Source of the DNA: an uncultured Candidatus Saccharibacteria bacterium
Lineage (GTDB): Bacteria; Patescibacteriota; Minisyncoccia; Phycocordibacterales; UBA9973
NCBI GenBank assembly: GCA_964432275.1
Contig: CAYSMH010000002.1
Location: 9,418 to 73,417, forward strand
DNA length: 64,000 nt
Reading direction: 5' to 3'
The notes under the pieces: model-generated
Database searches by the model: none
Seen by the model: the letters and a program-made list of their open reading frames with translations, nothing else
What the model was told of the DNA's origin: nothing
Program-made: the position numbers and the translations under genes
Shown: piece after piece, positions 38,713 to 47,883 of the stretch
Layout of the letters: each line of letters starts with the position of its first letter
Position numbering within the stretch: the first letter of the stretch is position 1

Positions 38713-39738
38713 TTATTTTATCGTCTTCCCTGTCTTAATCACATGATCTACCAACGTATACGTATACCCCATTTCATTGTCGTACCACCCCATGACTTTC
38801 ACGAGGTTGCCGCCGACGACGCGAGTCATTTCGAGATCAGCGATCGATGCATGTGAGTTACCGAGAATATCGCTCGAGACGAGTGGTTCATTGGTCACTG
38901 CAAATATCCCTTTCCAACGGTCAGTCATTGACGCCTTGGTCAGTATGTCGTTGACCTCTGCTGCAGTCGTATCCTTTTTAGAAATAAATGTCACGTCGAC
39001 AATCGAGCCCGCAGGTACTGGTACTCGGATAGAAATACCATCGAACTTGTCAGTGAGCTCAGGGTACGCCTTGGTCACTGCGATCGCAGCTCCGGTAGAT
39101 GACGGCACGATGTTTTGTGCAGCGGCGCGGCCTTCACGCAAGTCTTTCTTGCTTGGGCCATCGACGAGTGACTGTGATGCAGTGTAGCCGTGGACTGTGT
39201 TGAGGATCGCCTTTTCGATACCAAGTGCGTCGTGGAGGATACCGATCAGTGGAGATGCAGCGTTGGTGGTACAGGATGCATTACTCGTGATATCGCAGGT
39301 ACCAAATTTCTCTTCGTTGACACCGAGCAGTATCGTCTCACCTGGAAATGACCCGTCACCTTTGCTTGGTGCAGAGATCACGACCTTTTTTGCACCTTGG
39401 TCGAGATGGAACTTCGCCTTTTCGTATGCAGTAAAGAGACCGGTGGATTCGACGACGACATCAATACCGAGCTCGCGCCATGGCAACTTGGTTGTGTCTT
39501 TTTCAGAGATGAACTTCACGGTCTTGCCATCGATCACCAGATCGGTGCCACTGACTTCTACCTTGTGTCCCCACTTCCTATACACTGTGTCGTATCGCAA
39601 GAGATATGCGAGACTTTCGATCGAACCGAGGTCGTTGACCGCGACGATCTCGATCTCGGGGCGCTCCCATGCGATCTTGAGAAATGCTCGACCAATGCGT
39701 CCGAAACCGTTGATAGCTACCTTGATTGTTTTATCCAT
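38713..39738 (-). CDS. gap: glyceraldehyde-3-phosphate dehydrogenase
   Basis: MDKTIKVAINGFGRIGR (NAD-binding), ASCTTNA active-site Cys region, C-terminal WYDNEMGYT. Confidence 0.9.
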   Translation of the reverse strand: MDKTIKVAINGFGRIGRAFLKIAWERPEIEIVAVNDLGSIESLAYLLRYDTVYRKWGHKVEVSGTDLVIDGKTVKFISEKDTTKLPWRELGIDVVVESTGLFTAYEKAKFHLDQGAKKVVISAPSKGDGSFPGETILLGVNEEKFGTCDITSNASCTTNAASPLIGILHDALGIEKAILNTVHGYTASQSLVDGPSKKDLREGRAAAQNIVPSSTGAAIAVTKAYPELTDKFDGISIRVPVPAGSIVDVTFISKKDTTAAEVNDILTKASMTDRWKGIFAVTNEPLVSSDILGNSHASIADLEMTRVVGGNLVKVMGWYDNEMGYTYTLVDHVIKTGKTIK

Positions 39739-39828
39739 AGCTAGAGTATACCAGAAATAAAAAGAGCGCTTCTTTAGAAAAAGATGCGCTCCTTACCCAG
39801 TGTGCTGCCAAAAACGGCATTAGAGCTA

Positions 39829-41259
39829 TTAAATCATTTCTTTGAGTATTTGCAAGGTGAGCGCTGGGTTTGCTGCACCTTTGGTTGCTTTCATCACCTG
39901 CCCTACCAGACCTTGGAGCGCGGCTTCCTTTCCAGACTTATAGTCTGCAACTATTTTTTCGTTGTCTTTGATGACTTGTTCGATGATAGGTTTCAGGTCG
40001 TCCGCGTTGTTTTGCTGAAGAAGGCCTTTATCTTCTGCGATTTTTCTTGGTGATGTTTGTCTATCTGCAGGAAGTCTAGATTCTTCAGAAAGAATAACCA
40101 TGATATCTTTTGCACCACGAGAAGAGATCTCGTTTTTTGCAATCAAGTTAATGAGTTCTGCAAAATGCTTTTCATCTGGATAAAATAGCATCTGATCTTT
40201 TTTCATAAGAGATAAATAATCAGTAAGCATGTAGTTTGCAAGCAATTGAGCTGAAGACTTGTCTTCCAAAAGTGATGCTGCTTTTTTAAAATAATCCCCA
40301 CCAGCCTCATCCACCACAAACTGTTCAGCATCTTCAGATTTTATACTGTAATCTTTTGCAAATATTTCTCGCTTCTCCCATGGCAACTCTGGCAAATCTT
40401 TTTTCATTACATCGAGATCAAATGCGCTATGCAGCTGCATTTTTGGCAGATCTGGGTCTGGGAAGTAGCGATAGTCATTTGCATTTTCTTTGGAGCGCTG
40501 ACTAAAGGTGGTTTGTTTGTTCTCGTCCCATCCGCGCGTCTCTTGGACGATCTCATCTTGTCGTCCTGCTTCGTAGAGCGCCTGCATGCGTGCGAGCTCA
40601 TACTCGATCGCTTTTTCTACTGACTTAAATGAGTTGAGATTTTTTACTTCTACTTTCGTTCCAAACTTCTCAGGATCATCGCTCAGTGAGATATTGGGCT
40701 CGACACGCATCTCACCCTTTTCAAGGTTGGCTTCGGACACACCAAGCGTACGCAGCAGTAGCTGCAACTCTTTTGCAAAATCTGCAGCATCCTTTGCAGA
40801 GTGAATGACTGGCTCAGTGACAAGCTCCATCAGTGGCACCCCTGCGCGGTTGTAGTCGACAAGTGTGAAGTCTCCTCTATCATGTTTGGACAGTCCAGTG
40901 TCTTCTTCGAGGTGTACACGAGTAATTTTGAAACCATTGAGCGCTCCACCTGAAACGATCGGGTACTTGTATTGAGAGATCTGATAGCCTTTGGGAATAT
41001 CAGGATAAAAGTAGTTTTTGCGGTCAAACTCTGAGAAGTCTGCAATCGTAGAGCCGAGTGCAAGCCCAACCTGGATCACCTTTTTGATCGCGTCATTGTT
41101 TGCCACAGGTAGGGTACCCGGGTGTGCCATACATATAGGACAAATATTTACATTTGGTCGAGTCTCATCGGGGTCGTTTTTGCACCCGCAAAACATCTTG
41201 CTCTGGGTTGCAAGCTCAGCGTGTATTTCCAAGCCAATAACGGGATAGTACGTCTTCAT
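39829..41259 (-). CDS. gatB: aspartyl/glutamyl-tRNA(Asn/Gln) amidotransferase subunit B
   Basis: MKTYYPVIGLEIHAELATQSKMFCGCKNDP...NICPICMAHPGTLPV (GatB N-terminus), C-terminal YqeY-like tail. Confidence 0.9.
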   Translation of the reverse strand: MKTYYPVIGLEIHAELATQSKMFCGCKNDPDETRPNVNICPICMAHPGTLPVANNDAIKKVIQVGLALGSTIADFSEFDRKNYFYPDIPKGYQISQYKYPIVSGGALNGFKITRVHLEEDTGLSKHDRGDFTLVDYNRAGVPLMELVTEPVIHSAKDAADFAKELQLLLRTLGVSEANLEKGEMRVEPNISLSDDPEKFGTKVEVKNLNSFKSVEKAIEYELARMQALYEAGRQDEIVQETRGWDENKQTTFSQRSKENANDYRYFPDPDLPKMQLHSAFDLDVMKKDLPELPWEKREIFAKDYSIKSEDAEQFVVDEAGGDYFKKAASLLEDKSSAQLLANYMLTDYLSLMKKDQMLFYPDEKHFAELINLIAKNEISSRGAKDIMVILSEESRLPADRQTSPRKIAEDKGLLQQNNADDLKPIIEQVIKDNEKIVADYKSGKEAALQGLVGQVMKATKGAANPALTLQILKEMI

Positions 41260-41356
41260 AAGGCCTCAGTATAGCATATGCTGTAAAGGACTTGACTTTT
41301 TATAGAATATAGGTAGTATAAAGAAAAATTAAATTTCATTCTTTAAAACTACATTT

Positions 41357-42769
41357 ATGGCAGCAACACTTTTCAAAATCACCGACGAAGCAAAACGGGA
41401 AATGCAAAAACCAAACCATGCACTTTCCTCTCTAAATGGTAAGAGCAAAGAAGCCGAGCAGTACATCGTACCTAAAAAGTTTTCTAATGCTATTGAAATT
41501 GAAACAGCATTGAGAGATTATTCTGGAAACGCAGTAGGTGCAATGGCATTCAACAACGAAAACAATTACCTGGGTGAGGCTCCACTGATCAAGAGTGAGC
41601 TCATGCCCCACATGACACCAAAAGCATCTTTTGATTTCTTGAAAGCAAAAGATGACGTTACGAAAAAAGAAATCATTGAAAAAGTGATTAGCTTTTTAAC
41701 TGCCCTGGATTCTGCTGAATCCGAATCTGAAAAAACAAAACAATCTAAAGAATTGGCGGAAAAAGCAGTTAAATCTGCTCAAGAAATTTTGAGCAAAGTA
41801 CGTAATGCTGATCCTGGTATTGAAAAAAAGGTTTTAGATGCAATCAAAAACCTCAATACTGAGATTAGTGCCGACCAACCCAGTTCCGCAAAACTGAAAA
41901 GCCTTACAGGTATCCTGGATACCATTGCTGGTGAACTCACTGACGACACGCAGATCACAGACGCTCGTGGAAAGGCTACAGAGTTCATCTTGTACACAGA
42001 AAAACAGCTGGAAGCAAGCGACCTCCCTCCTGGTACAAAAGAATTTTTTGTACCGAAGTTAGAAAACCTAAAAGAGCTGGCAAAAAGGAAAAACCCTTTT
42101 GCTATTGAAGCTGAGATTGAAAACCTAGGAAAAGAACTTCATCAAAAAACCTCAAAAGAGTTGTTGACGAAAGATATTTGCCTGGATTTCATCATCGCTT
42201 CAATGGTGCGTATGATTGTACAAAGTTTATTCAAAATCACCGATCAGACGACCTTTACCGGGGTAATGCAGGGACTTCTTAGTAAACACATTAAGCCACA
42301 ACACACTCAATACATAGCAGGGTTGGGTCGGGTGGCAAAAAGTAGCACCAAAAAAGAAGAAGTGTACGCGGACATTTGTTTGCACACATTTCGTCTTATT
42401 GTTGACGAATTACTAAAAGTACTCAACGGGAACAAGGATTTATCTATTACACTCGAGATACCGCATGAGGTACCGTTTAATGTGGTAGACAAAATCTTCA
42501 GCGATCTTCAGATTGTTATTCTTGAATTAAAACCTGACCAGATCGATTCGGATACCCACAGGTACACGGCATCTGTGAAATTACTCGATGAAACACGCAC
42601 TTTCATCGCTAAAGATTTCACAGACCATGCGAACCTGGCTAAGTCACAAATAGATATCCTAATCAATGGGCCAGCATTTGAAAAAGCATTAAAATCAATT
42701 CCTCAGTATGTCTCAAATATTTTCATGGAATCTATAGAGCCTGCCGAGAAAAAAGAAGCTGTATCATAA
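41357..42769 (+). CDS. hypothetical large alpha-helical protein (470 aa)
   Basis: Long ATG ORF, Lys/Glu-rich, no recognised motifs; terminator downstream. Confidence 0.5.
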   Translation: MAATLFKITDEAKREMQKPNHALSSLNGKSKEAEQYIVPKKFSNAIEIETALRDYSGNAVGAMAFNNENNYLGEAPLIKSELMPHMTPKASFDFLKAKDDVTKKEIIEKVISFLTALDSAESESEKTKQSKELAEKAVKSAQEILSKVRNADPGIEKKVLDAIKNLNTEISADQPSSAKLKSLTGILDTIAGELTDDTQITDARGKATEFILYTEKQLEASDLPPGTKEFFVPKLENLKELAKRKNPFAIEAEIENLGKELHQKTSKELLTKDICLDFIIASMVRMIVQSLFKITDQTTFTGVMQGLLSKHIKPQHTQYIAGLGRVAKSSTKKEEVYADICLHTFRLIVDELLKVLNGNKDLSITLEIPHEVPFNVVDKIFSDLQIVILELKPDQIDSDTHRYTASVKLLDETRTFIAKDFTDHANLAKSQIDILINGPAFEKALKSIPQYVSNIFMESIEPAEKKEAVS

Positions 42770-42788
42770 GTGTACAACCTACACTTCC

Positions 42789-42820
42789 AAAACCGTCTTT
42801 ATCTAAGGACGGTTTTTTAT
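42789..42820 (+). terminator. rho-independent terminator
   Basis: aaaaccgtc-(10 nt)-gacggtttt followed by tt. Confidence 0.55.
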
Positions 42821-42904
42821 TCCCCTATTGACGAAAACCATAAAAAAAGTATAGTAAAAGAAAGTACAGCCCATTCTTTCACCTTTTAACCCCTCCTAGT
42901 TTTT

Positions 42905-43111
42905 ATGGCTAAAAAATCGTCACCAAAACCGATTAAAAAGTATGGCCCTTTGTGCCAGGAATTAGTCCTGAGCGCACTCGAGTCAAAGTTTAGAAGAATG
43001 TTTTCTGAAGAAACCGTTGTACAACAATCGAAACAATCGTTTACAAAAAGGAGAACTGATTTCAACTATGACATGAGTCGCCTGCCAAATGTGCGCCTTG
43101 GAATTCATTAA
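42905..43111 (+). CDS. hypothetical small basic protein (68 aa)
   Basis: ATG ORF bracketed by terminators on both sides with a putative promoter (ttgacg ... atagta) upstream. Confidence 0.3.
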   Translation: MAKKSSPKPIKKYGPLCQELVLSALESKFRRMFSEETVVQQSKQSFTKRRTDFNYDMSRLPNVRLGIH

Positions 43112-43138
43112 TTACAATGATTTTTAGCTCTTAAAATC

Positions 43139-43170
43139 TACCCCGGTGTTGCCGGGGTTTATTTATTTTT
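43139..43170. terminator. bidirectional rho-independent terminator
   Basis: ccccgg-tgttg-ccgggg followed by tttatttattttt; overlaps obg stop. Confidence 0.6.
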
Positions 43171-44134
43171 GGAGAAACTTCACGAGTTCATCTTTGAAAC
43201 CTTTTACTACTCCTTCATCAAACAGTGTCACGGTATACACCTTTTTACCCAATGCTTCAAACTTCTGCTTCATCGCGGTGATCGTTGCCTCATCTACGAC
43301 GTCTGTTTTTGTAAGCAAAATAATTTCTTCTTTTTCATCGAGCCCATTGCCATACTTGGCAAGCTCTGCGCGAATAGTCTCATAACTTTTCATCATGTTC
43401 ATCCCGTTTTCAAATGAGATCAGGTGTAGGAGTACCTTGGTACGAGAAATGTGTCGGAGGAACTTGTGCCCCAAACCTTTGCCTTCACTTGCGCCCTCGA
43501 TGATACCAGGGATGTCTGCGATGATGTACCCGTACAAATCTCCGAGGTTGGGGTCAAGTGTCGTAAATGCATAGTCACCTACTTTGGCTTGTGCGTTGGT
43601 CAGCGCGTTCAGTAGTGAGCTCTTGCCTGCGTTGGGGAAACCTACGAGTCCGACATCTGCAATAAGCGATACTTCAATATGCAGCTGCGCTGCTTCACCT
43701 GGTTTGCCAAGTGTTGATTCAGTCGGTGTCTGGTTCGTAGAAGCCTTGAAGTGTTCATTGCCGTAGCCACCTGCTCCACCATGCAGTATTTCTATCTCTT
43801 CTTTTTCTTTTGTAAGGTCGTACTTGATACCAGTATCGATATTGGTTATTGTGGAACCGATTGGAAACTCGAGGTACAGATCTGCACCGTTGCCACCCTT
43901 GAGCGAGCGACTACCCCCTTCTTGACCATCCTCTGCGGCGTACTCTTTCTTGCCTTTGTACAGATCAAGCACACGCAAACTGCGCACTGCACGGATATAG
44001 ACGTTGCCACCTCGGCCGCCATCACCACCAGCAGGTCCACCCTTGGGGATGAACTTCTCCTGTCTCCAGCGTACGACACCGTCGCCTCCTTTACCTGCAG
44101 CTGCATGAATTGTGATTTCGTCGAGAAATGCCAT
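43163..44134 (-). CDS. obg: GTPase Obg (short form without C-terminal extension)
   Basis: N-terminal Obg fold MAFLDEITIHAAAGKGGDGVVRWRQEKFIPKGGPAGGDGGRGGNVYI; G1 GFPNAGKSSLL, G3, G4 LLTKTD. Confidence 0.9.
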   Translation of the reverse strand: MAFLDEITIHAAAGKGGDGVVRWRQEKFIPKGGPAGGDGGRGGNVYIRAVRSLRVLDLYKGKKEYAAEDGQEGGSRSLKGGNGADLYLEFPIGSTITNIDTGIKYDLTKEKEEIEILHGGAGGYGNEHFKASTNQTPTESTLGKPGEAAQLHIEVSLIADVGLVGFPNAGKSSLLNALTNAQAKVGDYAFTTLDPNLGDLYGYIIADIPGIIEGASEGKGLGHKFLRHISRTKVLLHLISFENGMNMMKSYETIRAELAKYGNGLDEKEEIILLTKTDVVDEATITAMKQKFEALGKKVYTVTLFDEGVVKGFKDELVKFLQK

Positions 44135-44138
44135 AGAC

Positions 44139-45023
44139 CTATGTTATAGCAGCTTTTTGTGCAAGCGCATAGGCACCATCTTTAGTGCGCGCAACAGCAA
44201 TGAACCCCCCGTCGTGACAAAAGACCGCATCAGTGACTCCTGATACTTGGGCAAACTCTTGATCTCGAAGACCTCGCCAACTTTCGGGAAATGCTTTGCG
44301 GGGAGCAAATTCAACTGGATTGATACGGGTTGTTTTTGCGCTCCATTTTCCATCGCTTCGTTCATAGATAACAAAAAGAGGTTCTGGGTGTCGAGCCATT
44401 GCTTCATACCATCCTGGATACTCTGTACCTATCTCAATAATCTGCTTGTTTGGAGCGCGATCATATGCATCTTCGAGAAGCTGTTCTGCATTTTTAAATG
44501 CAACTGCATGGTTTACAAGTCGTACAATCACAGTGCGTGCAAATGCAACTGCTTCTAGAAATGCATTGAACAACGATTTCTTTTCTTGCCACGTGGGACG
44601 AAATGCAATAATCGTATCGATAATCGAATACGTGTAGACACCGTTGTCAGCGACTTTATCTACCACTCCAGTATCTGCACCATCGATACCTTGTACGAGT
44701 TGCTCATCGATGAATGCCGCGTTTTCCACGCTCCCCGCAACCATGTGTCCATATTCTTTCCATACAAGCCCAAACGACGCGTACGGTATGCCATTTTCTC
44801 GTGCACCTGCACCACCCTTTTGGTGATGATCAAACCTGCCAGCAGCAGGATCATATACACCGCCAACATCAAAGACGATGTTACCTCGAGCGATATCTCG
44901 CTCATCACGCGAACGAACAATTTCTATATCATGATCAGCAAATATCAACGAAAGAGTTGCGTACGCAAAAACATCGTCGGTGTGAAATGTACCGTCATGA
45001 GTTACTACTGTCAGCTTCTTCAT
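44139..45023 (-). CDS. MYG1/UPF0160-family metal-dependent hydrolase
   Basis: VTHDGTFHTDDVFAYATL...VRSRDERDI...FDVGGVYD...FDHHQKG matches the MYG1 signature. Confidence 0.75.
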   Translation of the reverse strand: MKKLTVVTHDGTFHTDDVFAYATLSLIFADHDIEIVRSRDERDIARGNIVFDVGGVYDPAAGRFDHHQKGGAGARENGIPYASFGLVWKEYGHMVAGSVENAAFIDEQLVQGIDGADTGVVDKVADNGVYTYSIIDTIIAFRPTWQEKKSLFNAFLEAVAFARTVIVRLVNHAVAFKNAEQLLEDAYDRAPNKQIIEIGTEYPGWYEAMARHPEPLFVIYERSDGKWSAKTTRINPVEFAPRKAFPESWRGLRDQEFAQVSGVTDAVFCHDGGFIAVARTKDGAYALAQKAAIT

Positions 45024-45032
45024 ATAGGTGTA

Positions 45033-45368
45033 CTAATCGTTGACGAAATGACTAACGATCCAGTTGATCACCGAGATCACAAGTGCGCCGACTACCGCTG
45101 CGGTGAACGATACAACCGTGAAGCCTGAAATGATCTGTGCGACGAACCAGAAAAATACCCCATTGAGTACGATAGAGAAAAGTCCAAGCGTGAGAATATT
45201 GATCGGGAGCGTGAGTATAGTCACGATCGGCTTGATCACCATGTTGATAAAGACGAGACACGCTGAAACGATGAGTGCAGTAACGATCGATTGTACTGCG
45301 ACCCCATCGACAAAATATGGTAATGCAAATATAGCGAGCGTTGTTATAAACCAGCGAAGTAATATCAT
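45033..45368 (-). CDS. YvlD/DUF360 (phage holin 4_2 superfamily) membrane protein
   Basis: 111 aa, 4 TM; INMVIKPIVTILTLPINILTLGLFSIVLNG closely resembles the B. subtilis YvlD core (NTLIRPILLVLTLPFTILTLGLF). Confidence 0.75.
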   Translation of the reverse strand: MILLRWFITTLAIFALPYFVDGVAVQSIVTALIVSACLVFINMVIKPIVTILTLPINILTLGLFSIVLNGVFFWFVAQIISGFTVVSFTAAVVGALVISVINWIVSHFVND

Positions 45369-45381
45369 AGGGATAAGTATA

Positions 45382-45834
45382 TTATAGAAATAGATCTTCG
45401 ACTACTTTTTTCACCAGTACACCATCTGCATTACCCGCGCACTCTTTCATCACTGCACCCACAAGTATGCCGAGCTTGCTCGTATCGGTTACACCGAGCT
45501 CTGCTTTTTTCTTTTCGGCGATTGCCTTGATATCGGCCTCACTCATCTGTGCTGGCATGAACACTTCAAGAAGTGCGAGCTGCGCTCTGTCTGCATCTGC
45601 CAGATCAGTACGTCCTGCTGCGTCAAACTGAGCGATCGCATCTTTGCGTTGTTTGATTGTTTTCTTGATCACGGAGAGCGCGATGTCGTCAGAGACTTCG
45701 TCTTGTGGAGTTTTGCCCGCAGCAACTAGCTCGTTGGTAAATGCAGTGATCAGTCCGCGATAGGTATCAAGTGCGGTCTGGTCCTTATTTCTCATAGCGT
45801 CTTTGAGTTTTTCTCGGATGTCGGTGGAGATCAT
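45382..45834 (-). CDS. GatB/YqeY-domain protein
   Basis: MISTDIREKLKDAMRNKDQTALDTYRGLITAF... typical YqeY; ORF-track extension to 45921 is hydrophobic junk overlapping the divergent promoter. Confidence 0.8.
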   Translation of the reverse strand: MISTDIREKLKDAMRNKDQTALDTYRGLITAFTNELVAAGKTPQDEVSDDIALSVIKKTIKQRKDAIAQFDAAGRTDLADADRAQLALLEVFMPAQMSEADIKAIAEKKKAELGVTDTSKLGILVGAVMKECAGNADGVLVKKVVEDLFL

Positions 45835-45910
45835 GTATCTATCATACCATATACATAATTGTTGTTGACAAAATACATTTTTAATGTAAATTACATAAAA
45901 ATATAAAACT

Positions 45911-46522
45911 ATGGTAAACAAGAAAAATTGGCTTGAAGGTTTTGTTTCCGATTACAAAGGAACTATTATTGAAGTACTTTCTAAAAACAATAACGGAAAA
46001 ATCAGAGAAGTTGCTCGCAGAGCTCCGGGTGTACGGGCAATAGTTGTCACGAAAGACAACAAATTCATTATTACCCGTGAGTACCGCGAATATCTTGAAA
46101 AAGAAATTGACTATCGACTTCCAGGAGGAAAAGTTGTTGATACACTATCCGAATATCACGGACTACTCGCACGAAATCATCTCGCAAGCCATATTCGATA
46201 TGCAGTCAATAAGGAGCTTGAAGAAGAAACTGGCATACGTGCAAAATCAGTAGAAAAATTTACTGTTTCAAATTCAGGTGGAACAATTGATTGGGATCTT
46301 CACTACTTTGAAATGAAAGATCTTTCATTTGGTGAATCTCGCCCAGAAGACGATGAGAAAATAGAAGTGCTCCAGCTCACCGTAAAAGAAACAGTCGACA
46401 TTATAGTGCTAAAACAAATGTCTGAAGACCGTAGTAGGATAATACTGATGGATTATTTATTACAACATTATCCAATGGAAGTGACTGAACGTATCCAGGA
46501 ACTAAACACAAATGATGCTTAA
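45911..46522 (+). CDS. NUDIX hydrolase
   Basis: Nudix-box-like LPGGKV...ARNHLASHIRYAVNKELEEETGI (contains an insertion); size consistent with ADP-ribose pyrophosphatase-like enzymes. Confidence 0.65.
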   Translation: MVNKKNWLEGFVSDYKGTIIEVLSKNNNGKIREVARRAPGVRAIVVTKDNKFIITREYREYLEKEIDYRLPGGKVVDTLSEYHGLLARNHLASHIRYAVNKELEEETGIRAKSVEKFTVSNSGGTIDWDLHYFEMKDLSFGESRPEDDEKIEVLQLTVKETVDIIVLKQMSEDRSRIILMDYLLQHYPMEVTERIQELNTNDA

Positions 46523-46530
46523 TTTTTTAC

Positions 46531-46566
46531 CGAACCTGCAGATTATATCTGCAGGTTCTTTTTTGT
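46531..46566 (+). terminator. rho-independent terminator
   Basis: 12-bp stem gaacctgcagat/atctgcaggttc, 3-nt loop, tttttt. Confidence 0.6.
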
Positions 46567-46578
46567 TATACTACCCCT

Positions 46579-47295
46579 ATGAAAATCTACTTTTTCGACA
46601 CCGAAACTACAGGCAACACCCACGACGATCGACTGTGTCAGCTCGCGGTCAAGGAGCACGGTGTGACGGAGCCATTGATCAATGAGCTGTTCAAGCCACC
46701 ACTCTCTATCCCCTACGAAGCAAGTGCAGTCCATCACATCACCAACAAAATGGTTGCTGACAAACCGAGCTTCCGGGAGTCTCCACGCTACAACGAAATC
46801 AAAACACTCTTTGAATCCCCTGACACCATAGTCGTCGCACACAACGCATCGTTTGATGTGGGTATGCTGATTGCCGAAGACATACACCCAACCAACGTCA
46901 TCTGTACGTACAAAACCGTACACTTTCTCGACGGACACGGGCAGTTCAAGCAACACAAGCTCCAGTACTTGCGCTACGCACTCGACATGGAGCTCGACGT
47001 CCCTGCACACGATGCATTTGCCGACGTACTCGTGCTTGAGCAACTCTTTGACTACCTCCTCGCTCGTCTCATAAAAGACGGCAAGACTGAACAAGAAGCG
47101 CTCGATGAAATGCTGCGTATCAGCAGCGAGCCGATGTTTATGCGAGAGCTCACCTTTGGCAAGCACAAAGGTATGCGCGTCGAAGACGTGGCACATGTCG
47201 ATCCAGGGTATCTCTCATGGCTGTTGTCAGAGAAGCTCAAGAATCCAAGCGGCGAAGAAGACTGGATCTATACATTGAAAAAGTTTGTGAAGTAG
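46579..47295 (+). CDS. DEDDh 3-prime-5-prime exonuclease (DnaQ/ExoX-like) with C-terminal DUF3820-like tail
   Basis: Exo I YFFDTETTG, Exo II VVAHNASFDVGML, Exo III HDAFADV; C-terminal LTFGKHKGMRVEDVAHVDPGYLSWLL motif. Confidence 0.75.
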   Translation: MKIYFFDTETTGNTHDDRLCQLAVKEHGVTEPLINELFKPPLSIPYEASAVHHITNKMVADKPSFRESPRYNEIKTLFESPDTIVVAHNASFDVGMLIAEDIHPTNVICTYKTVHFLDGHGQFKQHKLQYLRYALDMELDVPAHDAFADVLVLEQLFDYLLARLIKDGKTEQEALDEMLRISSEPMFMRELTFGKHKGMRVEDVAHVDPGYLSWLLSEKLKNPSGEEDWIYTLKKFVK

Positions 47296-47344
47296 TTTGA
47301 CAAAACTCTAAAAATATGTAAAGTAGAATAAAACTATTTTACAT

Positions 47345-47818
47345 ATGAACAATGATACGATCATCGGATACTCCGGTATAACTTTTACAAAAAGTAAACT
47401 AACTTTCGAACAAGCATTGGATAAGTACGTAAATAAACGCCTCGAATTTGATGAATTTCTAATTTATCCAGAGCGTACTACGGTGGAACCACATCCCCCG
47501 TCTTGCACATATCATCTTTTAGATTTTAAAGCAGATAAGGGTATGCGTGGGGTGCATTTGGTGGTGGAAACATTTCCATTTATTCAAGAACAATCTGCAA
47601 AAGCCGTACACGTCGGCATGAGTAATCATTTTGAGATTAGCTTTGGCGACGGTTTTTGCACTCATACACCTCAAGAAATTGCGCAAGCGATACGATCTGT
47701 CGAAAAAAAGGTTATTACTCAAAATGAATTTGAAGCCCCCCTTTTCTCTGGTAGAAATGGGTACGAGTTTTTTTATTGGGGATTAATGTTCCAACTTGAT
47801 CGTGTATTAAGAAAATAA
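47345..47818 (+). CDS. hypothetical protein (157 aa)
   Basis: ATG ORF between exonuclease and rmuC with own terminator; no motifs recognised. Confidence 0.4.
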   Translation: MNNDTIIGYSGITFTKSKLTFEQALDKYVNKRLEFDEFLIYPERTTVEPHPPSCTYHLLDFKADKGMRGVHLVVETFPFIQEQSAKAVHVGMSNHFEISFGDGFCTHTPQEIAQAIRSVEKKVITQNEFEAPLFSGRNGYEFFYWGLMFQLDRVLRK

Positions 47819-47835
47819 CACACAGTAGCTGCACC

Positions 47836-47864
47836 TGCCGGACTTCATCAGTCCGGCTTTTTTG
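47836..47864 (+). terminator. rho-independent terminator
   Basis: gccggact-tcatc-agtccggc followed by tttttt. Confidence 0.6.
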
Positions 47865-47883
47865 CGCATGGTACAATCCTCGT

